From the IMG/VR virus record IMGVR_UViG_3300009285_000036, positions 1 through 36,079 of that record: DNA of 36,079 nt, one strand, 5' to 3'. Every line of letters starts with the position of its first letter. The stretch's first letter is position 1. A model generated the notes under the pieces. That model worked only from the letters and a program-made list of their open reading frames with translations. It ran no database searches and was not told where the DNA came from. The position numbers were made by a program, and so were the translations under genes. Of the stretch, positions 18,701 to 26,126 are shown piece after piece. The DNA comes from a virus.

Positions 18701-19868
18701 TTATTCGAACCGCGCCGCCAAAATCAGTTGTACCTTGAACAATGGTCAAAGCGCTGTCAGTATCAGCGTTCATATCAACATACAATCCATACTGCGCGCC
18801 ACTTGTCGCCACACCACCAGTTACTTTCACGCCATAAGCGTTAATTGTCCCTGTAGTTGCCGTAGTAGCAGGTAGTGTGACACCATACCCAGTCCAAACA
18901 TTTGTACCAGCTAAAGTTGTTTGAGCCAAAGCTCCGCCAGTTACATTATGTCCAGTATAAACATAAGTGCCTGCTCCAACATTCGTAACAGCTGGCAAAG
19001 TAACAACCGTACCAACTGAACCAAACCCAGTAGCCGTAACATTAGTGCTAAAATCAAGATTGATTCCAGTTTGACTAGCAAGTTGAGAAGTAGCCCCACC
19101 GTATGCCATATTGATTACCGTACCTTGTTGCCAACCCTCTAACTGATAATCAGAAAGAATTGCCGTGGGCGCGGCAATATCAACCACAGTAGAAGCCGAA
19201 GTGATATTTTTAGTTACCACCGCATTTCCTAAATCATCAACCGTGAATAAATCATTACCTAAATCTTCACCAACCTTGAAATAATATCTATCAGTCACGC
19301 CGTCAACATAGTTCCAAAGCCAAATCCAATTTTCATCTGCTGAATTGTTTATACTTCGCATTTGAATCACGCCTGAAGTATGATTAGCTCCCGTAGCAGT
19401 TGGTTGAATCTGTAAGTTCCCATCAAGCCCGATACTCCCATCATTTACATATAAACCATACCGAGTACCGAGCGACATATTTGTACCTTGAATAGGAGCG
19501 CCGTCAATGTAAAGAGAGGCAACATTATTGATAACAGAAGCTCCAACGGCATTTAAGGTAGGAGGTAAAATGTTGACAATCCTTTCCCAAGCAAAGTTAC
19601 CAGTTTCCCAAGTCATCTGGTTGGAATAATCAATGTTGAGTCCCGCAGCCTCTGAAGAAGCGGTAATCCCTGAATGATCCGCCCCATTAATACTCAAAGC
19701 CACAGGCACACCGTCGGTTGTTGCTGTTTGCTCAATGATAAGATTTCCGTATTCATCGAGTAACGCGTATCCGCCAGAATTGTAGGCCATTGCGACTCCA
19801 CTTCCAAACAACACAAACGCCCCAATGGTTGCTATTCCAAGCAGTAGTTTTTTGATGTTTTTCATCAT
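15711..19868 (-). CDS. Giant (1385 aa) Thr/Gly/Ser/Asn-rich repetitive protein with an N-terminal Sec-type signal peptide
   Basis: MMKNIKKLLLGIATIGAFVLFGSGVAMA-Y has the classic n, h and AxA c regions. A duplication of about 150 aa spans aa 245-388 and aa 1077-1227. A further domain is shared with the 340-aa neighbour. Confidence 0.85.
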   Translation of the reverse strand: MMKNIKKLLLGIATIGAFVLFGSGVAMAYNSGGYALLDEYGNLIIEQTATTDGVPVALSINGADHSGITASSEAAGLNIDYSNQMTWETGNFAWERIVNILPPTLNAVGASVINNVASLYIDGAPIQGTNMSLGTRYGLYVNDGSIGLDGNLQIQPTATGANHTSGVIQMRSINNSADENWIWLWNYVDGVTDRYYFKVGEDLGNDLFTVDDLGNAVVTKNITSASTVVDIAAPTAILSDYQLEGWQQGTVINMAYGGATSQLASQTGINLDFSTNVTATGFGSVGTVVTLPAVTNVGAGTYVYTGHNVTGGALAQTTLAGTNVWTGYGVTLPATTATTGTINAYGVKVTGGVATSGAQYGLYVDMNADTDSALTIVQGTTDFGGAVRINSVASGAGNDSNKLSMIGETSAGNRAMKVYNEADIGTDTYRSRWDNNSDTQLMTLNQSGDLSVTGTINGVTVGSGDITLSSINPTLSFKDTNATDNDVNASIDAQATDVGSGTEDIDVTFKQQVAGVPTAFITADADGSLTLGTSAQGVIIPGDFTVNGTTTTINSTTLTVDDKNIVMGDVTTPTDITADGGGIELKGATDKTILWDNANDNWTSNQAWNISSGLDYKINNISVLNATTLGSSVVASSLTSVGTLTSLSTTGQITSTLADGTPPFVLTSTTKSTNLNADRVDDVHIDALTDTRLLRYNSTGTKIENATVTETSGALGAITTLSMNNELDITNSGATPIQPLDINYGVTTYTTGDIIADITRTGALTQTSGSNTGITDFNIKPTSALTKITTADIWNYNLANISSASLTSTTDTSSLTVTGLHLEAGTDSDISYRSLWIENGLMLFNHSASTTGTQMMSLGYAGTSYTNNTALVQLGRSGAITLQSNNDTMVDFKVIPNMVLTAMGGAGSATYNGAQIDMRSVSVTASVGTTTVNALRIHAATDTDSQNLAIRATGMNTFDNSSTANLTATIQLQRGTNGTADASATVSDLWVVPTWTLTGPASGTSNYYGIKSDLSSVGYVAGVGSLTTAAIYAKPANNLNTNNYAFYSDGRSRFAGQLVFQGVPTNTTVISFDLASFTQGTLVGASYTGATALAGTLKGTNFDFRTNLTATGFSVLANAVDLPSVTNTGAGVYQYVGYGVDVSGAGTLEQNTATGTDIWGGYVVNMPNATVNFAGASVEAYGLKIVGGTATKTAGSLTYEGIDITMNADADVALKVGKGISEFGGVIKPATNDGWAIGVASTNEWSDLFLAEGGVINWDNNDVTLTQTGNSLALAGGNLSMGDDALIVRDVNAGLTASVTQTQGQGALTAEINEVATVATTNDTVTLITASVGLCQTVINNGANTLQIFPASGDNLGAGADTATTLPAGQNVQYCAFDTTNWESI

Positions 19869-19887
19869 ATTATTGAGTTATGTTATT

Positions 19888-20910
19888 TTAAGATGGAGTC
19901 AAAGTTCGAGAGATTTCTCTCCAAAAACTCCCGTCAAGAATAAAAGTTATTGTATTACCCGCATTAAGAGTAGCATTAACGCTACCTGTTAATTTTAATT
20001 GAGCATAAGTTCCAGCCGTAGCGTGGCCAAAGACTGTTCCTGCCGATCCGACTTTCAAGACCAAGAACGATCCGTCTTGCCAACCAGTAGAATCAATAGT
20101 GTTGACCCGCACCGCCCCAGTAAGAGCAAAGAAGTTTCCATCATATCCCATTTGAATACTGTTTGCCGTTGCGACATCCGCGCCTTTCTTCCACTGTGCT
20201 CGTCCTTGATGTTGTACCGTACCGTTAGACTCAACCGTGAAAATTGTAGCGACATCATTATTTGTGATTTTCAAACGATAAGTATCCGTAGTCGCATCAC
20301 CTTCATTGTAAAGTTTCATCTGTCGTTCACCTACCGAAGTTCGACTATTCACTGCGAAATAATTAGAATCACTTCCTGCAGAGGCTCCGACTGGCGCCAT
20401 TGCGAATGGCACATAAAAGATCGTTCCGCCCGATCCAATATAAGCCCTGTTTACACCGCCAGTATTGAAGTACAAAATATCTCCACCATCCCACGATAGA
20501 CCTGTATTTGGATCTGATATACCTGCCAATCCAGGAGCAGCGCCAGTGCCACTTGATACTTTTGTCTGTCCGCCTGCAACATTGGTATCAACCATAAAGA
20601 TATCGCCAGCGTCAGCGTCTTTTCGTACCAATAATGCCTCCGTATTAGTAACATCAATAATCACTGTGCCTGAAGTAATTCCACCTATAACAGCAGTAGT
20701 TATGTCAATTTCATTAAACCAACCTTTGGCAATTCGTGTAGCAGAAGAACCCAATGTCCAAGTGGCGTCGAGTGGAAGCAATGTCGTACCTGTTCTTTTC
20801 CAAAACCTCCAAAAATCAGAGGAATCGGCAAGTGCGGGCTGAACACTAACAAGAAGTCCAAGACAGATAACGCCCGCCAAAATTATCTTCTTGAGTATAT
20901 TTTTAATCAT
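19888..20910 (-). CDS. 340-aa protein with a Sec-type signal peptide, partly paralogous to the 1385-aa protein
   Basis: MIKNILKKIILAGVICLGLLVSVQPALA-D. Residues 181-236 (DSNYFAVNSRTSVGERQMKLYNEGDATTDTYR...) align with aa 398-455 of the 1385-aa protein. Confidence 0.8.
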   Translation of the reverse strand: MIKNILKKIILAGVICLGLLVSVQPALADSSDFWRFWKRTGTTLLPLDATWTLGSSATRIAKGWFNEIDITTAVIGGITSGTVIIDVTNTEALLVRKDADAGDIFMVDTNVAGGQTKVSSGTGAAPGLAGISDPNTGLSWDGGDILYFNTGGVNRAYIGSGGTIFYVPFAMAPVGASAGSDSNYFAVNSRTSVGERQMKLYNEGDATTDTYRLKITNNDVATIFTVESNGTVQHQGRAQWKKGADVATANSIQMGYDGNFFALTGAVRVNTIDSTGWQDGSFLVLKVGSAGTVFGHATAGTYAQLKLTGSVNATLNAGNTITFILDGSFWREISRTLTPS

Positions 20911-20925
20911 AGTGTCTTAAAATTA

Positions 20926-21255
20926 TTAACCGATTTTTGGATCACGCCATCCAACTCTCACACTAACAGCGACATCTGCTGAACCAGCACGGATTAGTTT
21001 AATTTTTGATAACGCAATTCCTGTAATAGTCTTCTTTTCACCCAATACCAACAATTCACCAAGTAAAGCGGTTGGTGTCGTTCCGTCAGTGGCAATGCGG
21101 ATATCGCCGTCCTCACACAACAAAATCACTTCATCTAAATCTTTCGGCAAGCTCTGGGCGGCTGAAGCGGCTGTGTCAATCAGAGAAGATAACAAAGTTG
21201 CTGTGGTTGTAACGGTAATTTTATGACCCGCGATAGCAATAGTATATTCCTGCAT
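20926..21255 (-). CDS. Hypothetical beta-rich protein (109 aa from the internal Met)
   Basis: The start at MQEYTIAIAG avoids overlap with the upstream gene. The longest ORF extends to 21324. Confidence 0.6.
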   Translation of the reverse strand: MQEYTIAIAGHKITVTTTATLLSSLIDTAASAAQSLPKDLDEVILLCEDGDIRIATDGTTPTALLGELLVLGEKKTITGIALSKIKLIRAGSADVAVSVRVGWRDPKIG

Positions 21256-21265
21256 AGGAGTTTTT

Positions 21266-21535
21266 TTATTGTGATTTAGCTGGTCGACCTCTCTTTTTTG
21301 GTTCTTCAGCAGTTGGAGTTTCAACTATTGATTCAGAGATTTCTGGAGCTTGCTCTGGTTCTACAGGAACGACTGGGATCATCTCATCAATTCCAACAAT
21401 AGGCGTAATTTTACCAACATAAGCAGGCATAAGTACGCCTGTTTCCCAATCACGCATCCCTGAACGGCGCTCAAAAAGAAATCTACCCCAATCCGCTGGC
21501 GCTACTTTGGCGCTTAATTTTTTTTCATCAAACAT
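21266..21535 (-). CDS. Hypothetical protein with a C-terminal AT-hook-like KKRGRPAK
   Basis: 89 aa ORF with an acidic, Pro-rich linker and then the basic GRP core. Confidence 0.6.
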   Translation of the reverse strand: MFDEKKLSAKVAPADWGRFLFERRSGMRDWETGVLMPAYVGKITPIVGIDEMIPVVPVEPEQAPEISESIVETPTAEEPKKRGRPAKSQ

Positions 21536-21540
21536 ATAGA

Positions 21541-21912
21541 TTAGTCATTATCGTTAATAATTAAGAAGTCAACGACATAAGCCGCGTTGGCTGCCGTTGC
21601 TGAAGTGTTATTTCTTACCCTAACCACGAAAGCTCCATTAGCCGAAGATGGATCGACATTAACACTTAATGCTCCCACTGCTGCTCCGCCACCTCGCACA
21701 TTTGCCAAAATGGTTGAAGTTGTTTTTGAGTATTTACAAGTAACGGTAATTGCTTCAACTGTATCGGCCGCGAGAGTTGTGGTTGAGGAAGTTATTCGTC
21801 CTCGACGAGATTGAACCGTAACCGCTTGAGATGAGTCAGTACCTGTTTTACAGACAGCATTCATCCCTGATGCCTCATCGTAATTTTCGCTTGTACCTTT
21901 GAATTGAGTCAT
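21541..21912 (-). CDS. Small Ser/Thr/Ala-rich beta protein. Candidate head decoration or accessory protein.
   Basis: 123 aa, immediately downstream of the major capsid gene. Confidence 0.6.
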   Translation of the reverse strand: MTQFKGTSENYDEASGMNAVCKTGTDSSQAVTVQSRRGRITSSTTTLAADTVEAITVTCKYSKTTSTILANVRGGGAAVGALSVNVDPSSANGAFVVRVRNNTSATAANAAYVVDFLIINDND

Positions 21913-21937
21913 ATTTTTAATTAGTTATCCTCCAAGA

Positions 21938-21958
21938 GGGGTGAGAAAAACCCACCCC
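21938..21958 (-). terminator. Hairpin just downstream of the capsid gene. Candidate attenuating terminator or mRNA stabiliser.
   Basis: An 8-bp GC-rich stem pairs 21938-21945 with 21951-21958. Position 21944/21952 is A.C on the plus strand but U.G on the minus strand, which favours minus-strand RNA. The U tract is weak. Confidence 0.45.
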
Positions 21959-21976
21959 CCAAGAAGATTATTATTA

Positions 21977-23161
21977 CTAGACTGTTGAAACACGCACATC
22001 GACCAAGAGGTCTTTGTTACGCAACCAAGTCTTATAACCAAATACAGTCCAAGCGTGAAGATAGCCTGAACCTTCAACACCAAGAGCTTTCTGGTTAAAG
22101 CCAAGTTTCGGAGCGCTTTGAAGAGCAAGTTCAGTCGCGTTTTTCTGTCCGAACACGCAGTGAACAAGTTCGAGTGACCACGGATCAGCCGTATCAGAAG
22201 TGGCCACTACCAGTTCACCACCTCCAACGTGCTCAATACCCAGATAAGTGGTTCCATCTGTGGCAACGATACCTTCAAGCAAAACCTGATTAGCCAAAGT
22301 TACAGCCACAAAGGTTCCCGAAACTGAAGTACCTGGGGCATTAAGAGAGGCTACGACATTATCTAGCGTAGTCGCAACATCGGTCACTGATTTGATATCA
22401 CCGGCATTAGTTGGCGTACCCGTTTCAAAAGTGAAAGTTACACCGGCAATAGTGATTGTTTGGGTATCTGAAGGAAGGTTAGCTGGAGTCCAACGACCAG
22501 TCCAAGTAAGGTTGGCTGATACATAGATATCAAAACCAAAGCGTGAACCGACAAAGCCGTTATCCAAAACCTTGTCACCAAGCCGAGATCCTACGCCACC
22601 AGTATAAACTTGAAGATTTTCAAGAACTGATGGTGAGATTACCGCAAAACGATTATTTTGTCCGACGTGCAGGTTATTTAATTTCTTGCCCGCAAGTGAG
22701 AACAGTTTATTCACATTTGAGGGAGTAACTGCCACTCGTACACCGCTAGTTCCGCCAAAATCCCCGTCTGAAACTGTTGAGGTTGCCTGATCGTAATCAG
22801 ACAATATCGCGGCATCAATACCGCGCTTCAAATCTTCTACGAAATCACGCCCATATTCACCCATAAAATCGTAACCAGATTGAAGTTTTGCAACTGCGTC
22901 AATATATGCTGGCACGACCTTATATTGATTGATTGAAAGTTGCTCGTTCGTACCCGTGAGGTCTTGGGCTGAAAAGTCGGTACCCGGAGTATAAGTCTGC
23001 ATCAAGTGGCGTGAGCGATACGGTTTATTGATTGTATCAACGCCATCAAGACTTTCGGGTGACTTTTTACAGATCTGCATCGCAACAAGAGATTTCTCAA
23101 GTTCCAACTGCATTTCTCGTGCCCAGACCTCTTTGTTTAAGTCTGTCAATGTGTTAGCCAT
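21977..23161 (-). CDS. Major capsid protein
   Basis: 394 aa, directly after the scaffold-like gene and before a strong hairpin. The N-terminus MANTLTDLNKEVWAREMQLELEKSLV is typical of capsid proteins. The call rests on synteny and size. Confidence 0.75.
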   Translation of the reverse strand: MANTLTDLNKEVWAREMQLELEKSLVAMQICKKSPESLDGVDTINKPYRSRHLMQTYTPGTDFSAQDLTGTNEQLSINQYKVVPAYIDAVAKLQSGYDFMGEYGRDFVEDLKRGIDAAILSDYDQATSTVSDGDFGGTSGVRVAVTPSNVNKLFSLAGKKLNNLHVGQNNRFAVISPSVLENLQVYTGGVGSRLGDKVLDNGFVGSRFGFDIYVSANLTWTGRWTPANLPSDTQTITIAGVTFTFETGTPTNAGDIKSVTDVATTLDNVVASLNAPGTSVSGTFVAVTLANQVLLEGIVATDGTTYLGIEHVGGGELVVATSDTADPWSLELVHCVFGQKNATELALQSAPKLGFNQKALGVEGSGYLHAWTVFGYKTWLRNKDLLVDVRVSTV

Positions 23162-23181
23162 ACAAAGAGATATTTATTTAA

Positions 23182-23781
23182 TTATTCTTTTCCTTTTTGT
23201 TTACAGTACGCCTTGAATTTGACCAAAGTGTCAGAATCCATTGTTTTAATCAATGAATTGTTCTTAATGGCATTTTCAAAGGTATTGTTCAGAGTCTGTC
23301 CACTGCGAAAGGAATTGCCCGGAGTGGCATCTGCTGCCTCTTTTTCTTCTTTCTTTTTAGCCAGATAATGTTTGAAATAAGAATCAGACAATATCTCGCG
23401 AGGATTTTTACTTTCAGCTTTTGCGATTGCAATAGCTTTGTTAATATCCTCATCATCAAGATCATTATTCAACTGCCTTAATTCAATGGAAGTTAAACGA
23501 TGATCTGAATCATCACCTTTTGGTTTATTGTCTTTTTTATCTGGCTCTTTTTCAGGATTTTTTATCTTGTATTCATCAAACTCCTTAAGAGTTTTTTGAT
23601 ACTTATCCCTGAAATGCTTCTTGATAAACGGCTCTTTTTTAAGAGAATTGATTTTCTCTTTAGTGCCGTCTTCCAAAATTTCTAACTCATCATCAGACAA
23701 ACCATAATCGCTGTCTTTGTTAAGTTCGTCATCAGACATTTTTGACGGATCAAATCCGCCCTTTGAGTCGTTATCTCCCAT
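23182..23781 (-). CDS. Scaffolding protein
   Basis: 199 aa, highly charged (K/D/E-rich), predicted helical, located between the portal side and the capsid gene. Confidence 0.65.
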   Translation of the reverse strand: MGDNDSKGGFDPSKMSDDELNKDSDYGLSDDELEILEDGTKEKINSLKKEPFIKKHFRDKYQKTLKEFDEYKIKNPEKEPDKKDNKPKGDDSDHRLTSIELRQLNNDLDDEDINKAIAIAKAESKNPREILSDSYFKHYLAKKKEEKEAADATPGNSFRSGQTLNNTFENAIKNNSLIKTMDSDTLVKFKAYCKQKGKE

Positions 23782-23991
23782 ATAGATTGGTACTTTTTTA
23801 GAGAGGTTTGTTCCTCTGGGTTATTTATTTTAGAGTTGTATCTCTTTGTATTTTATTTAAGTGGTGTATTCCACCTTCACCTCTCGTCATTTGCGAAAGC
23901 CATTACGAGAGTCCGCGCTGAATAGAGAGGCGAATAACTATCCAACTGGAACTCCCGACTTTGCTCCGCAAACTTCGCCTCTTTTTGATTT

Positions 23992-24297
23992 CTATCTCAT
24001 TCGGTTTTCTTTTGTTTTTGTTTCACTTACCGGTTTCAACAAACTCAAGTGACGACACAGATTTTCAAAATGAAATGTAATCGCTTTAATCGCGCGCAGT
24101 TGCGCGCCAATTTCCTCATCTCTCTTGGAAAGATCAACCAAATCTTCAGGATTATTAAGAAATTCTTTGAGAGCTGTTTGGATATACTTCCAGCCAGGGG
24201 ATTGAATAACTGAATCAATCAATGCCAGTTCTTCGTTTGTTAAAATCTTTTCTCCCAACTCTTCCTCTTTTAATTCAACTTGTTTTAGTTCTGCCAT
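23992..24297 (-). CDS. Hypothetical protein (101 aa)
   Basis: ORF abutting the portal stop. Acidic and helical. Confidence 0.6.
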   Translation of the reverse strand: MAELKQVELKEEELGEKILTNEELALIDSVIQSPGWKYIQTALKEFLNNPEDLVDLSKRDEEIGAQLRAIKAITFHFENLCRHLSLLKPVSETKTKENRMR

Positions 24298-24298
24298 A

Positions 24299-26125
24299 TT
24301 ATGCTTGTGGGGCTACCGCCTCTTTTGGCTGTCCCATAGTTAGTGACTGAGGAATCCCTTCCTCTTTAAGTTTAACATCAATTTCCCCGAGTCCTGAGAT
24401 GTCGAGCATCTGACCGAACACTGGGCTATTGACCAACGCTGGATTTGCGCCGAGTAATTGTAAAATGTTGCCCAAAGTAACCATTCGTTCGCGCTTATCA
24501 AACGATTCATTGCCAATTACGCATTCAACATCGTTTAAAATATCCTTGTAAAAATCATCTGGGATGTCTAAATATAATCCCTCCATACTGACAAACCGTT
24601 CCTGTAAAAGTCCGCTGGCAATATCAATATCTTTGCGGGTTGGTTTCTTGCCGCTCATTAACATTTTCTTGATCATTTCCCATATGGCGTGCTGTTTATA
24701 CTCTTCAAAAAGCCATTCCATTTCCTCTTTGTTCGTAATTTCAAGGATATGGGCTTTGTTTAATTGTTTGGCCGCTTCGGGAATAATCCAATCATTAAAA
24801 ATCTCTTGCCAAAACATTGTGAAATTCTGACGAACAAAATTAAAATACTTCATTGCTTCCACTTGTAAAATCTGACCAAGCCCGAGCGGAGTTCCGCTAG
24901 GCATTGATTCCCCGGTTGTAACCTCAAACGAATTAGAAAGCTGGTTTGAAAGCTCTTTGATTTCCAAAGACAGAGAATTATTAGCAGGCATATTACGGAT
25001 AGAGGTGTCAACCCGCTGAAGCGTGCCTCGAAGCCGTAAAATACTACCATTGATGACATCTTGAAGGATATTTTGCCCCAGTTTAGGGTCATCGGTTGCC
25101 AATAGAATCAAGTTAGCCAATTTCATTGCCAACATAAGTTGATTAATATTCTCATTCTTCATCATTTGTGGCTCAAAACAATCTTCCATTACGCCTACAC
25201 CCAACCACCGCCCATCTTCTTTATCGTAATGACACTCGCGGAACAGATCATTATTCTCATTCTCATCCACATTATCCTCTTTAATTTGATTCTTAAAGAG
25301 AATCAGGCCAGTTTTGTCTTTAATATCTTTGCTGTCTTTACTACTTTTGGCCTCTGGCATAACCACGATAAATTGAGCTGGAAAGTAATTGTCCTCTTTC
25401 CCGTCATCTTTAATCCAATTTTCAGGCACATTGTCATAAAATTCCACCACTCGGATGTATTGCGCGTCACCTTGTTTCACATCTTTACGAGAAAAATCAA
25501 CATAGTTCTCTTTGCGATTTTCACGAAAACTCTTGATAGCTGTTTCAATCCGGACTTTGTCCCAGTATTTGCTCATTCGACGGAGTTCATTTGGAGTATA
25601 GTAATGATAAAAAATCTTCCAAGAATCTCGCAATGTTTCAGCGGTTGGATCATTCTTGAGGTTCTTGAGATCAATCAAGTCAAAGATTCTGCCTCTTCCG
25701 CACTTCTTGGCTACGACTGTTCCATAGCGCGCACACTTAGTGGCAGAATCGTTAATGATCTTGCCCAACCCACGCTTACGCATCCATTCGTGAATATCAC
25801 GACGCAGAATCCACGCCTTGCGTCGATCACCGCCATTCGTGGCCTTAATCATTACATCCTTAGTATCAAAATCAATGTTCTTGGAAGCGTTCTTGACTTT
25901 CGGTTTAGAGATGTTGAAGAAGAATTTGACACCTTGATTGTCTTTATTGCCCGTTTCAAACTTCGAAGCGTAGTAAAGATTGATTCGGTTAATTGTTTCT
26001 CGCTGATTAAAAGTATAGCCGGGCGCAATTTCGGGCTGATTAGTATCAAAATCTATTTCATAACAACGAATCCGTTCAAAAACATCTTCAAGTAATTCAC
26101 TGTTTTCTTTTGTTTCTTCTGGCAT
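24299..26125 (-). CDS. Portal protein
   Basis: 608 aa, immediately downstream of TerL with a 1-nt gap. The call rests on size and synteny. Confidence 0.75.
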   Translation of the reverse strand: MPEETKENSELLEDVFERIRCYEIDFDTNQPEIAPGYTFNQRETINRINLYYASKFETGNKDNQGVKFFFNISKPKVKNASKNIDFDTKDVMIKATNGGDRRKAWILRRDIHEWMRKRGLGKIINDSATKCARYGTVVAKKCGRGRIFDLIDLKNLKNDPTAETLRDSWKIFYHYYTPNELRRMSKYWDKVRIETAIKSFRENRKENYVDFSRKDVKQGDAQYIRVVEFYDNVPENWIKDDGKEDNYFPAQFIVVMPEAKSSKDSKDIKDKTGLILFKNQIKEDNVDENENNDLFRECHYDKEDGRWLGVGVMEDCFEPQMMKNENINQLMLAMKLANLILLATDDPKLGQNILQDVINGSILRLRGTLQRVDTSIRNMPANNSLSLEIKELSNQLSNSFEVTTGESMPSGTPLGLGQILQVEAMKYFNFVRQNFTMFWQEIFNDWIIPEAAKQLNKAHILEITNKEEMEWLFEEYKQHAIWEMIKKMLMSGKKPTRKDIDIASGLLQERFVSMEGLYLDIPDDFYKDILNDVECVIGNESFDKRERMVTLGNILQLLGANPALVNSPVFGQMLDISGLGEIDVKLKEEGIPQSLTMGQPKEAVAPQA

Positions 26126-26126
26126 A

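Noticed and set aside
15711-20910. Idea that the two signal-peptide proteins are type IX secretion cargo with a C-terminal sorting domain
   Set aside because: It was tempting given the SD-less, possibly Bacteroidota-like translation signals. However, the C-termini do not show the Por-type CTD pattern I know, and only a loose IFPASGDNL resemblance sits too close to the end. It needs testing with the TIGR04183 and TIGR04131 HMMs before any claim.
23861-24052. 63-aa plus-strand ORF, and a possible tRNA, in the GC-rich spacer
   Set aside because: The ORF is on the wrong strand for the block and its sequence is unconvincing. I could not build a cloverleaf on either strand, as there is no T-loop GTTCRANYC or D-arm pattern.
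25139-26095. 318-aa plus-strand ORF antisense to the portal gene
   Set aside because: Its sequence is low-complexity and rich in Ile, Phe and Leu, typical of the antisense frame of an AT-rich gene. It lies entirely inside a well-supported portal ORF and has no start context or neighbours on that strand.
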